From positions 34,968,001 through 35,032,000 of the forward strand of contig OX597839.1 in the NCBI GenBank assembly GCA_951406725.2: 64,000 nt of DNA. Reading direction: 5' to 3'. The notes under the pieces are model-generated. The model searched no databases and was not told the origin of the DNA. It worked only from the letters and a program-made list of their open reading frames with translations. This document shows, one piece after another, positions 39,125-53,436 of this stretch. The number at the start of each line of letters is the position of its first letter. Positions within the stretch are counted from its first letter, which is position 1. The position numbers were made by a program, and so were the translations under genes. The DNA is from Octopus vulgaris (lineage: Eukaryota).

Positions 39125-40524
39125 AGTACCAGAATTATTTTTAAAAAAGCAATAAAAATGCAACTACTGGGGTCAATTTGTTCAACTAAACCCCTCGAGG
39201 TGATGCCCCAATATGGCCACAGTTTATTGACTGAAATAAGTAAAACAAAAACATTGCTACAAGTCGAACTGGGATCGGTAGATTCATTGGCTTTCGACCA
39301 CCTACGCTGCACCCTTACAAGGTGTACGGTGAATGCACTAAAATCACAATTTACAACCTTTTGATATTGTCAATTGTTGCAATTTGATGGCTTTTTTTCT
39401 TACAATTTACCATCCTACTTATCATTTGAACATAGCATTTATTTCGTCAATTAATATTCAAATTATAATAACATTAATTGTTTTATTATCTTAAGGAAAC
39501 AAATGATAGTTTATTGAAGGAGACAATCACCTTCAACAAATAAGGATGTATTCTTACAATGTGTTTGTCCCATCACATCACCACTTTGCATCGTGTTTCT
39601 CAGGTCACGGTTACCCCCCAGCAATGGCGGACGTAACGCTAGTTTTTTTTTGTAGTAATGATTGAAGGATCCGTTATTATTATTAGTAATAGTATCATTG
39701 TTTCTTTTTTCGTTATTCGACAACGTTTCTCGTAAATGTGTGTTCGGATTCTGTATTTTATTTTTCTGCTTTTTAGAGAGAGAGGTAAGGGGGGGTAAGG
39801 AAAACAAAAATTAAAGAAAAACATGAAACAAACTTGTTTTGGTAGATGGTGATTTAATCTGAGATGCTATTTAAGCGATATTCACAGACATGTTTTTTGA
39901 TAAAGTGTGGTCAGCTGAAAGGGAGAAAAAAAAAGGATTGAGTCATTAAAAATGAAAAGAAATGCCACAAATACGTTTTATAGCGGTATTTCTGTGAGAT
40001 TTTCCCAGCATAATGTTACAAATTGTGAGAGAATAACTTGTGAATTTTAGAGTGTGTCTACATGCACACACATTATGGCGGCTATTACTTTCTTGGCTTT
40101 ATTTATTTTTGTCGATGTAAAGCTGTATATGTATGTGAGTGTGTGTGCGAAAGAAAGCAAGAGAATGACAAATATCTACTGCTTCTTCATATACAAATCA
40201 ATAGATATTGAAAATGAATCACTGTTGTTGAATTATTTAACCTTATCTCTAAAGTATCAATGGAACAGTTTGCGATCACGCCATGGTTCTAGAGGACACC
40301 TCCAACCACGCTTAATTTATACATGCTATTTATACTCCATTAAACCAGGTTTTCGCCAAATGGTTGATATTGACCCTCCTGGTGGAGTAAGGGAGGTTCT
40401 CTGTACCTATAGTGAAACGATCCACGATTCTGAGTAGTAAAAGTGCTAAATTATCAGCAATGATAATTCGAAATTTTAAAAAGCATTATTTCCAGAGCTA
40501 AAAGTCACTAATGGTGCCTGATAA

Positions 40525-40948
40525 GGATCTTTTCGGTTTGAACGGCAGTTTTAAAAAAAATAATTTCCACGTAACTAAACACTTTTAAACTTCGTATACT
40601 GATAGAATGTGTTTATAAAACATTTTTTCTCTTGGCTTTATTGAGAAAATTCTATAGTTTGTAAGATATTTGTTGTTTTTTTTCTTCAATTTCTGCAATT
40701 TCAACCAATCAATGACGTCTATTGAGGTGAAAACATTCTGTGCCATATGAATATGTCCCTCGTTTAAGAAACAGATTGGGTTTATTTACATTTCTGAAGA
40801 AAAAAAGATACCCTTCCCCAACCTCTAATCCTAACCCTAACCCTAAAACAGATTGAAATGCAATAGATCGATACTAGGGTCATAATCATGGGTGACAATT
40901 TCATATGACACCGCTAGAAAAAATTGCCGTTCAAACCGAAAAGATCCC
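40525..40948. mobile_element. MITE with ~28-bp TIRs and an imperfect 8-bp TSD
   Basis: GGATCTTTTCGGTTTGAACGGCA ... TGCCGTTCAAACCGAAAAGATCC; flanks CCTGATAA / CCAGATAA. Confidence 0.85.
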
Positions 40949-41059
40949 CAGATAAAAGTGAAAAGTAACTCCCCACTGCTCAAAAAAAAAAAAAAAAGAT
41001 GCATTTAAGTAAAAAAAAAAATCCCATAAATAGATCTAAAGTCTAAATATCAAAGGATA

Positions 41060-41664
41060 TGTTGGGTTAGCATAGTTATCGCAGCTTTTTTTTCAACAAA
41101 TTTTATTCAACAAAAACAATAACAGTATTTAACAAAAACATCTTTAAATGATGGTCTGATCGTCTGCCAAGCAAATGGGAAGTAGTAATTGAGGTAGATG
41201 GTGAATATGCTCCAGAATAATCATTTAAAGATGTTTTTGTTACATGTTGAATAAAATTTATTGAAAAAAAGCCGCATTAATTATGCACCAACCTAATATA
41301 TAACATATACACATGCACATACACACACACTTCTATAAATACAGATGTATAACATATATTTATAAACAGTTATATAGTATATACACAAGCACAAACATCT
41401 ACAGTTATATTGGGTTGGTGTATAATTATTGCAGGTTTTTTTTCAACAAATTTTATCCAACAAAAACAATAACAACGTTTGAGAAAAACATCTTTAAATG
41501 ACGGTCTGATCGTCTGCCAGTCAAATGGGAAACAATATTTGAGGTAGATGGTGAATATGCTCCAGAATAATCATTTAAAGAAATTTTTGTTAAATATTAT
41601 TATTGTTTTTGTTGAATAAAATTTGTTGAAAAAAAGCCACAATAATTATGCACCAACCCAATAT
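41060..41664. mobile_element. Two adjacent mariner-derived MITEs (41060-41298, 41408-41664)
   Basis: Same family as 35345-35612. Confidence 0.85.
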
Positions 41665-42184
41665 ATTAAAGATTTCAATTCTAATTGAATTAAAATAAAC
41701 ATAATTTCTACCAGTTTTACTCCATAATATTCTGGAAGATTTCCCAATCATTTCTTTTGATCTAGAAGCCATAGTTTCACATAGTTTACAAGCATCAATT
41801 AATCCAATTTTCCTTAACAGTTCAATGTAACAATATTTATCTTACTACTTCCTTTAAGTCCGTATTTGATGTTTAGAACTTCTCTTAGTGTTTCTTTTCT
41901 CAGGCTGTTATGCTCATTTGATTCCCGTTTAACACTAATGTGGCTAAACACTCTCTTACCACATCGACACATGCATGTGGTAAAACAAGAGGTGTTAAAG
42001 CTAACTTAACAAATTGTTCAAATGGATTTCCCCAGTTGGATCCCTAAACAATGATATTTCAGTTTGGAAACTATGTTTGATACCTGTATCCATATTTTTA
42101 ATTTCTCCATCGTAACGAAATTTTTGTGAGCAGCTCTAAGTCTTCGTTGGTGCAAAATCCTCATCATCATCACCATCAATATTC

Positions 42185-42411
42185 TCTTTACCCTTTTACT
42201 CTTTTACTTGCTTCAGTCATGTGACTGTGGCCATGCTGGAGCACCACCTTTAGTCGAGCAAATCGAATCCAGGACTTATTCTTTGTAAGCCTAGTACTTA
42301 TTCTATCGGTGTCTTTTGCTGAACTGCTAAGTTACGGTGACGTAAACACACCAGCATCGGTTGTCAAGCGATGTTGGGGTGACAAATACACACACACAAA
42401 CATATACATAC

Positions 42412-42464
<53 letters not shown>

Positions 42465-42935
42465 ATTAATCAGCCGAAATTACTACGATGATCCGGTTCT
42501 TGACTGAAGACTGAGGGTTTCGAATGTCCTGTCCGTGTTTATTGTGTCGTCTTCTTGAGTTATACGTTCTTGTCCATGTTGTATTTTTCTACATACCTTA
42601 ACTTATATATATATATATATATACATACACTTTATTTAAAGCAGCAGAAAATTCAACAAAATCTGTTACTCTGAGTTTCCCGTTGCCGTTCATTGGACAG
42701 TTTTTGCTAGAATATATGTATATATACATACTAGAATATATATATATATATATTTGCTAGAATATATATATATATACATATGACGGGCTTCTTTCAGTTT
42801 CCGTCTACCAAATCCACTCACAAGGCTTTGGTCGACCTGAAGCTATAGTAGAAAACACTTGCCCAAGGTGCCATACAATGGGACTGAACCCGAAACCATG
42901 TGGTTCGTAAGCAAGCTACTTACCACACAGTCATC
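42185..42935 (-). mobile_element. SINE A with two foreign short elements inside its TA tract
   Basis: Inserts at 42462-42604 and 42630-42710; the second reads (reverse complement) ctgt-CCAATGA-acggcaacgg-GAAA-CTCAGAG-TA-acag. Confidence 0.8.
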
Positions 42936-43426
42936 CCCTTTAATAGATGTTGTCCTCGTTAACATGCAGTTTACTGTTACAAAGTAGTTGTAGCATTGGT
43001 CATGGCAAAGACTCTGTGTTAGCTTATATATGTAAGAATTAACACTTCCTTCTCCAAGTCTAGATTTGATACCAAATCCAAGAATTCTCGGTTGTCCAAA
43101 CCATGCTGATCAACAGGCGCGAAAAAAGGTTTTCTTTGTCCTGTCAAAAATGGATTGATCATCTCCCTTTGACCTGCGACCTCAGCAGGTCAGGCAAAGT
43201 TCAACTGGACAGGCGCTGACCTATTTAGGTACAAACTCTGCTTCAGTATGTCTGTCTTTCTAGCTTCTACTTTTTATTATGAATACAAGGGTGAAACAGA
43301 AAGGTGGATAGACAGACAGACAGATAGATAGATAGAAAGATAGATAGATAGATATACAGACAGACGGACGGATGGATAGATAGTCAGACAGACAGACAGA
43401 CAGATAGATAGATAAGACAGACAGAC

Positions 43427-43506
<80 letters not shown>

Positions 43507-44647
43507 TGATAGATAGATAGAAAGATAGATAGATAGATAGAAAGATAGATAGATAGATATACAGACAGATGGACGGATGGATGGATAGATAGTCAGACAG
43601 ACAGACAGACAGATAGATAGACAGACAGACAGACAGATAGATAGAAAGATAGATAGATAGACAGACAGGTAGACAGACAGATAAAGATAGATAGACAGAT
43701 AGATATATAGATAAGAAAAGAGAGATGGAGAGAGAAAGAAACCCTGCTCTCATCTCCCCCTCTCCCTCCTCTTTCTCTCTGTTCCTATGGAGAGTAGAGT
43801 CGAAAGAAGAACCAAATATTGTTATTGCCATTGCTAAACCTCAGGTCCATCAGTTTTAACCAAGCTGTGATGAAAAGGCATGAATTTTGAAGGGTTTCTT
43901 TCTAGGACATCATTTATGGTAGCAGAAAGCTTGATTTGAGGATAAATTTGGTTGTCATTTCTAGCAGATTGAATTATCGCCTGTAAAGATGATGTGTTTG
44001 TGCTGCCCATTAGGTTATTCTCTCCATCAAACCAACATTACTTGAACAGAAGCACGGTGTGCCACGCATCAGATGTGCACAATGTGCCTCACATCATATA
44101 CCAACGTGATCACAGTGCAATGTGAAACAAATTGTTTTGCTCAAGAACACATTGCACTGTCGGGTCCAAGAATTGAACCCACAATCTCACAATCACGAGA
44201 GCAAAACCTTAACCACTAGGTCAAGGTGGAGGTGCATGGCTTAGGGATAAAGGGTGCTGGACTCATGGCGGTAAGACTGTGGTTTCGAATCCTGGACCAG
44301 GTGACATGTTGTGTTCTTGAGCAAAACACTTCATTTCATGTTGCCACAGTCCACTCAGCTGGCAAATAGGAGTAACCCTGTGATGGCCCAGTGTCCCACC
44401 CAGGAGGGGAATATATCCACCATGGAAATCAAGAAACTGGCCCTTTGAGTCTATATGATTTGGGAAGGAACTTGACTTCATGTGGGGTCATGTGGTTTAG
44501 TGGTTAGGGTGTTGGACTCATGATCATAAGATTATGCAGTTCTGTATGCCCACGGGCATATGGCATAGTGGTTAAGGGCATGGGCTACCAACCCCAAGAT
44601 TCCGACTTCGATTCCAAACAGTAACCTGAACAACAACAACAATAATA

Positions 44648-46160
<1,513 letters not shown>

Positions 46161-46632
46161 GCGACCATCTCCACTCTTCCCCCTCCCCCCTCCTTTTGAC
46201 TTCTTCGTTAACTTCACGTCCCAGACAAAGAGACAATTACAATGTCTGATGCATTTATGAAAATAAATTAAAGAGGTTAACTAGTCGTAATACTTAATGA
46301 GTTTCAAGGTAAACGTGTGCATGAGGACGCGTGTATGGAGGGAAGGTACGTATGGGGTGGTGGCGGTGTGTGTGTGGTGGTGGGGGGCACATTTGAATAT
46401 ATCTATATGTGTATATATATGTGTGTGTGTGTGTACATGTGTATGATGTATGCATGTATGAATATAATGTGTGTGCAAGATTATGTATACATACATATGC
46501 ATATATAAAAATGCGTATGTATGTATGCATATATATGCATATATATGTATGTATATATATGCGTGTGTGTATGCATGCTTATATATATATATGTATATAT
46601 GCATATATATATATATGTATATATATATTTAC

Positions 46633-46753
<121 letters not shown>

Positions 46754-47354
46754 TGCATGTATATGTATGTATGTTTATATTTTTTTCTCTCTAGTTTCAG
46801 CTCAGAGCTGCGGCCATGCTGATGCACCACTGTTAGGCTTCTTTCAGTTTCCGTCTACCAAATCCATTGGTCAGTCCGAGGCTATAGCAGAAGACACGTG
46901 CCCAAGGTGCCACGCAGTGGGACTGAACCCGGAACCATGTGGCTGGTAAGCAAGCTACTTACCCACAGAGCCACTCCTGCACCTGTATATTTATAAATAT
47001 GTATGTGTATGTGTGTGTGTGTGTGTGTGTGTGTATGGCTGTGTTCTTTTGTTCCTCCTTTTCTACTTTGACCTTCCGGCTGCAAACCAGCTTGAGGTCA
47101 CCCTGCTGCTTCTCGGTTTTCTTCCACCAAAATCCCAGCCCCCCCACCTCTTTAATTAATCAACTAACATACCCTCCCTCTCATATCTCCCCACCTCCTT
47201 CAACCACTCTCACTTTTCCTCTCTCAATCTCTCTTCCTCTCGCTCTTTCTCTGTGCTCATGTTATGAACTACATATTGAACTGTCACACAAACTCCCCCT
47301 CTCTCCTTTCTCTCTCTCTATTTACCTATCTATCTATCTGTCTGTCTGTCTGTG

Positions 47355-47387
<33 letters not shown>

Positions 47388-47408
47388 ATCTATCTATCTA
47401 TCTACTTG

Positions 47409-47456
<48 letters not shown>

Positions 47457-47474
47457 ATCTATCTATCTACCTAT

Positions 47475-47520
<46 letters not shown>

Positions 47521-47581
47521 GTCTGTTTGTCTGTCTGTCTGTCTATCTATCATCTATCTATCTTATCTATCTATCTGTCTG

Positions 47582-47614
<33 letters not shown>

Positions 47615-47711
47615 ATGCCTATCTATACATCTATGTACTATCTATCATCTATCTATCTAGCTATCTATCTATCTGTCTGTCTGTCGGTTTGTCTGTCTAT
47701 CTATCTATCTA

Positions 47712-47807
<96 letters not shown>

Positions 47808-47811
47808 TCTA

Positions 47812-47870
<59 letters not shown>

Positions 47871-47879
47871 GTCTGTCTA

Positions 47880-47930
<51 letters not shown>

Positions 47931-47951
47931 GTCTATCTGTCTGTCTGTCTA

Positions 47952-47994
<43 letters not shown>

Positions 47995-48080
47995 CATTAT
48001 CTCATGTAAGTGATGTTTGCATATACAAGCACACACACACATTACACCCAAATATGTCATTATCTTTATCATGTGTGTAA

Positions 48081-48139
<59 letters not shown>

Positions 48140-48142
<3 letters not shown>

Positions 48143-48990
48143 AAGAGAAGGGTCTGGAAGCTTAAAGATCCTGCGAATGGACAGAGATTTAGAAACGTAT
48201 TACTCAAAGCTTTTGACGAAATAGAGGGAGGTTGTAGCATCACATGATGTGGAAGACAAATGGAGGTTTCTACGGGACCACCTGCAGAGGGCCACTGACC
48301 AGATCTGTGGATGGTGCAAAGTCCCCTCTGGACCCAAGATAACATGGTGGTGGAACAATGTTGTTGACAGGACTATTAGTGAAAAGAGACAGGCTTGGAA
48401 GGACTGGAAGAACAGTGGTAGCAGGGAAAAGCATCAGACTGCCAGAAGGGAAGCTAGGAGACAGGTTTATTTAGCCAGAGAGGAAGCAGATAAGAAAAAA
48501 TTTGCCAATGTTCTGCACCATGAGGACCAAAGACTTGAGGTATTTCGTGTTGCAAGACAGTGTGTGAGAGAGAATCGTGATGTCATAGGAGAGAAATGTG
48601 TCCGCTTGGATGATGGTTCACTTGCGCTAAATGAGGATGCAAATAGAGAGGTTTGGAGATGCCACTATGAAAGGTTACTGAATGAGGAAAATGAATGGGA
48701 GAAAGAGAGTCTGACGAATGTTGACCCAACAGAGGGACCAGCTATCCGAGTTGGCAGTACCTTGGTAGATAAAGCAATTAAGGGTATGAAGTCAGGGAAA
48801 GCCCCCGGCCCATCAGAAATCACCACAGAGATGCTCAAAATATCTGGCGGTGTCGGCTATAGCCTGGTCACCCGTATAATTAACCAGGTGATACACAAAG
48901 GAGTCATAACCATAGTCAACTGCTATAAAGGTAAAGGTGACACAAAAGCAGACGTTAAATGACAATGAGGATGATGATGATGATGATGAT
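48140..48990 (+). mobile_element. RTE-type LINE internal ORF fragment fused directly to its (GAT)n tail
   Basis: TWWWNNVV..WRCHYERLLNEEN..MKSGKAPGPS..VNCYKGKGD, then AAAGCAGACGTTAAATGA-(GAT)n. Confidence 0.85.
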
Positions 48991-49060
48991 ATATTTAAGA
49001 AAATAGAGATAATCAGTTAATAATTATTTATTAATTACAAAAATAGACAAATATATATAT

Positions 49061-49827
49061 ATCATCATCATCATCATCATCATCATTTAGCGTCCGCTTT
49101 CCATGCTAGCATGGGTTGGACGGGTCAACTGGGGTCTGTGAAGCTGGAAGGCTTCGTCAGGCCCAGTCAGATCTGGCAGTGTTTCTACGGCTGGATGCCC
49201 TTCCTAACGCCAACCACTCCGCGAGTGTAGTGGGTGTTTTTTACGTGCTACCTGCACAGGTGCCAGACAGAGCTGGCGAACGGCCACGAATGGATGGTGC
49301 TTTTACGTGTCACCGGCACGGGGCCAGACAGAGCAGGCAACGGACACGAACGGATGGTGCTTTTACGTGCCACCGACACGGGGCCGGACAGAGCTGGCAA
49401 ACGGCCACGAACGGACGGTGCTTTTACGTGTCACCGGCACGGGGGCCAGCCGAGGCTGACAACGAACACGAACGGATGGTGCTTTTACGTATCACCGGCA
49501 CGGGTGCCAGACGAGGCTGACAGCGGACACGAACGGATGGGTCACTTAACCCCTGCTTTCTGATATATGATTTGATATTGATTGTTCTCACTGGTCTTGC
49601 CGGGTCTTCTGACGCACAGCATACTTCCATAGGTCTCGGTCTCTGGTCATTTCCTTGGTGAGACCTAGAGTTCGAAGGTCGTGCTTCACCACCTCGACCC
49701 AGGTTTTCCTGGGTCTACCTCTTCCACAGGTCCCCTCAACTGCCAGGGTGTGGCACTTTTTCACACACCTATCTTCATCCATTCTCGCCACATGACCATA
49801 CCAGCGCAATCGTCTCTCTTGCACACA
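49061..49827 (-). mobile_element. RTE-type LINE 3' end with ORF C-terminus and VNTR
   Basis: QERRLRWYGHVARM..GRGRPRKTW..RDLWKYAV; five ~59-bp units; (GAT)n tail. Confidence 0.9.
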
Positions 49828-49868
49828 TATATAAAATCAAAATAAGCAACAAGGATTTCCAGAGGTAA

Positions 49869-49955
49869 TGCAGTACGATCGTTTCATGCAACTCCATTTA
49901 ATTGAACAATGCAATCATTACATCAATTTAAAATGTAGAGCAATCTTCAGTCGCA
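49869..49955 (-). ncRNA. Hammerhead-like motif with long stem II
   Basis: Reverse complement tgcga-CTGAAGA-(~58-nt hairpin)-GAAAC-GATC-GTA-ctgca; 3' half repeated at 56985-57065. Confidence 0.55.
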
Positions 49956-50052
49956 CAAAGACATAGAATTTAATCTGTCTTACTAGAAACATAGCATCAG
50001 TGGTCCTTCTCCCTGGCACAAACCCAAACTGCAACTTGTCTACACTGACTCT

Positions 50053-50548
50053 TTACCTAATCAGTTGGGCTATGACCCTCTCCATGACTTTCATTACCTG
50101 ATCCAATAACTTGATACCTCTGTAATTATTCCTATCTAAAGCGTCACCTTTACCTTTGTAGCAGTTGACTATTATGCTGTTCCACCAGTCATTGGGTATG
50201 ACTCCTTCATGTATCACCTGATTGACTATACAGCTGACTAAACTATAGCCAACACTGCCAGATATTTTAAGCATCTCTGCAGTGATTCCTGATGGGCCTG
50301 GGGCTTTCCCTGTCTTCATGCTTCTAATTGCCTTAACTACCAAGGAACTGTCAACTCGGATAGCTGGTCCATCTGTTGGGTCGACATTCATCACACTCTC
50401 TTTCTCCCATTCATTCTCTTCATTTAGCAACCTTTCACAGTGGCATCTCCATGTCTCACTCTTTGCAGTCTCATTAAATGCAAGCGAGCCATCATCCATG
50501 CAGACACATTTCTCTCTGATGACATCACGGTTCTCTCTCACACAACTG
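50053..50548 (-). mobile_element. RTE-type LINE RT N-terminal fragment
   Basis: MKTGKAPGPSGITAEMLK..IPNDW..YKGKGDALDRNNYRGIKLL. Confidence 0.9.
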
Positions 50549-50589
50549 TCTTGCAACATGAAACTCTTCAAGTCTTTAGACCTCATGAC

Positions 50590-51436
50590 ATATATGTATG
50601 TATGCATGTATGTATGCAAGTATGTATGTATGTATGTATGATGTATGTATGCATGTATGTATGCATATATGTATGCATGCATGTATGTATGCATGTATGT
50701 ATGTATGCATATATGTATGCATGTATGTATGTATGCATATATGTATGCATGTATGTATGCATGTATGTATGCATGTATGTATGTATGCATGTATGTATGT
50801 ATGCATATATGTATGCATGTATGTATGCATGTATGTATGCATATATGTATATGTGTATACATGTATGTATGTATGCATGTATGTATGTATGCATGTATGT
50901 ATGTATGTATGCATATATGTATGTATGTATGTATGTATGCATGTATGTATGCATATATGTATATGTGTATGCATGTATGTATGCATGTATGCATGTATGT
51001 ATGCATGTATATATGTATGTACGCATGCATGTATGTATGCATGTATGTATATATATATCATTAAAATTTAGCAGAAGCAACAGAGTTCCGCAAGACCCAA
51101 GAATTTCACCGAACCTGTAGATCAATAGATCAATAGATCAATAGATAGAAAGATAGACAGGTAAGTGGATACATGCATGATGTATGTATTCTTTTAATCC
51201 CTTATTTCTTTCAGTCAGTTGACTGTGGCCATGCTGGAGCACCGTCTTTCGTCAAACAAATTAACCACAGCGCTTTTTGTAAGCCTAGTACTTATTCTGT
51301 CAGTCTCTTTCAACTGAATTGACAGATCGATAGCTCTTTCTCGATTCGGTGGGTGGTGGTGCATGGCCGTTCTTAGTTGGTGGAGCGATCCGTCTGGTTG
51401 ATTCCGATAACGAACGAGACTCCGGCCTGCTAACTA

Positions 51437-51535
<99 letters not shown>

Positions 51536-52040
51536 CATATATATATATATGTATGTATGTATATGTATATATATATGTATTTGTGTGTCTGTGTTTGTCC
51601 CACCATCCCATTACCATCACTTGACAGTTGAAAGAGACTGACAGAATAAGTACTAGGCTTACAAAAAGCGCTGTGGTTAATTTGTTTGACGAAAGACGGT
51701 GCTCCAGCATGGCCACAGTCAACTGACTGAAAGAAATAAGGGATTAAAAGAATACATACATCATGCATGTATCCACTTACATGTCTATCTTTCTATCTAT
51801 CGATCTATTGATCTATTGATCTACAGGTTTGGTGAAATTCTTGGGTCTTGCGGAACTCTGTTGCTTCTGCTAAATTTTAATGATATATATATATATATAC
51901 ATGCATGCATACATACATGCGTACATACATGCATACATACATATATGCATACACATGTGCATACATACATGCATACATACATGCATACATACATGCATGC
52001 ATACATACATGCATACATACATACATACATGCATACATAC
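50590..52040. repeat. Foldback: inverted arms (unique part ~51050-51316 versus 51625-~51890) extended by (ATGT/ATGC)n arrays
   Basis: Arms are near-identical reverse complements by inspection. Confidence 0.9.
51318..51438 (+). rRNA. 18S rRNA fragment (~120 bp, non-functional)
   Basis: ATTGACAGAT..AGCTCTTTCTCGATTCGGTGGGTGGTGGTGCATGGCCGTTCTTAGTTGGTGGAGCGAT..GATAACGAACGAGAC is conserved eukaryotic SSU rRNA sequence. Confidence 0.95.
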
Positions 52041-52289
52041 ATTTATTTATTTATTTATATATGCATATATATATATATATATATATACACGCCAGGCTTC
52101 TTTCAGTTTCCGTGTGCCAAATCCACTCACAAGGCTTTGGTCGGCCCGTTGGCTATAAGTAGAAGACACTTTCCCAAGGTGTCACGCATTGGGACTGAAC
52201 CCGGAACCACGTGGTTGGGAAGCGAGCTTCTTACCACACAGCCACTCCTGCACTTATTCATACGTCTGAATGCATATACTCATCCAAAC

Positions 52290-52311
52290 TCTCTCTCCCT
52301 CTCTCTCTCTT

Positions 52312-52358
<47 letters not shown>

Positions 52359-52727
52359 TTCTCAATTTTCTGATTTTCTCAATCGTTCAGTGTCGTCTGT
52401 CAGTATTTCACATGTTGACTGACTGTTCCCATTCTTGGCGTTTTTTTCCCTCATTTTAGAAATTTCAATCAACTTCTCCTCAATCCCTCTGTCGCCACCC
52501 CCATTTCCACCCTTCTCTTCCACTTCCTCCTTCCTCCGTCCCCTCTCACTTCCTCTCCATTCTTCCCTCTCTCATTCTCACTCTCTCTCTCTTTCTTTAT
52601 TCCTCCCTCTCCTTCTCTCTCTCTCTATCTCTCTCTCTCTCTTCCTTCTGTTTCTCCTTTTCACTAGTTCTTTCCCTCTCCCTTTCTTCCCGCTCTCTCT
52701 CTTTCTTTCCTTATTCCTCCCTCTCCT

Positions 52728-52759
<32 letters not shown>

Positions 52760-52845
52760 TTCCTTCTGTTTCTCCTTTTCACTAGTTCTTTCCCTCTCCC
52801 TTTCTTCCCGCTCTCTCTCTTTCTTTCCTTATTCCTCCCTCTCCT

Positions 52846-52876
<31 letters not shown>

Positions 52877-53370
52877 TCCTTCTGTTTCTCCTTTTCACTA
52901 GTTCTTTCCCTCTCCCTTTCTTCCCATCTTTATCTCCTCCTCTATTTCCCACCACCACCACCACAACCACTGCTACTCTATCGTTTTCTTCCCTCCCACC
53001 CCCCCTCTCTCTCTCTACCACCACCATCGCTTTCTAATCTCTTCCTCCCTTTCTTCTACAACTCTCTATCGGTTCCTTCCCCACCCCACCCTCTCTTTCT
53101 CTCAAAGTTAACAAACCGCTTCCACTCCCCCACCACCACCACCACCACTACCACAGCTACACCATTTCACTTCTTCTTCCCTTCCTTCCCCTACCCCACT
53201 ACACCCTATCATTTCTTTCCCACTCTCTCCCTCCCTCTCTCTCTCTCAAAGCTTACCACCACCACCACCGCCACCACCACCACCCTAAGCCCACTATTTC
53301 ACTCATAAAATATCTTAACAAATTAACCTGATCATCAAAAGGCCTCCTTCCTTCCTTCCTTCCTTATTTT
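52290..53370. repeat. Polypyrimidine/low-complexity tract with ~118-bp x3 tandem repeat (52560-52930)
   Basis: CTTCCTTCTGTTTCTCCTTTTCACTAGTTCTTTCCC recurs three times. Confidence 0.85.
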
Positions 53371-53379
53371 AAGATCTAA

Positions 53380-53436
<57 letters not shown>

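Noticed and set aside
40270-40283. TTGCGATCACGCC shared with ~61732
   Set aside because: A single 13-mer match is plausible by chance in 64 kb; flanks are unrelated
46939-48013. Long ORFs (356 aa, 249 aa; likewise 58619-59677, 50440-51125, 61777-62396 and the YIYI ORFs)
   Set aside because: Translations of (TATC)n, (TGTC)n, (TA)n, (CA)n and (ATGT)n microsatellites
51831-51844. GGTGAAATTCTTGG matching another 18S segment
   Set aside because: Only 14 nt; flanks do not continue colinearly with rRNA
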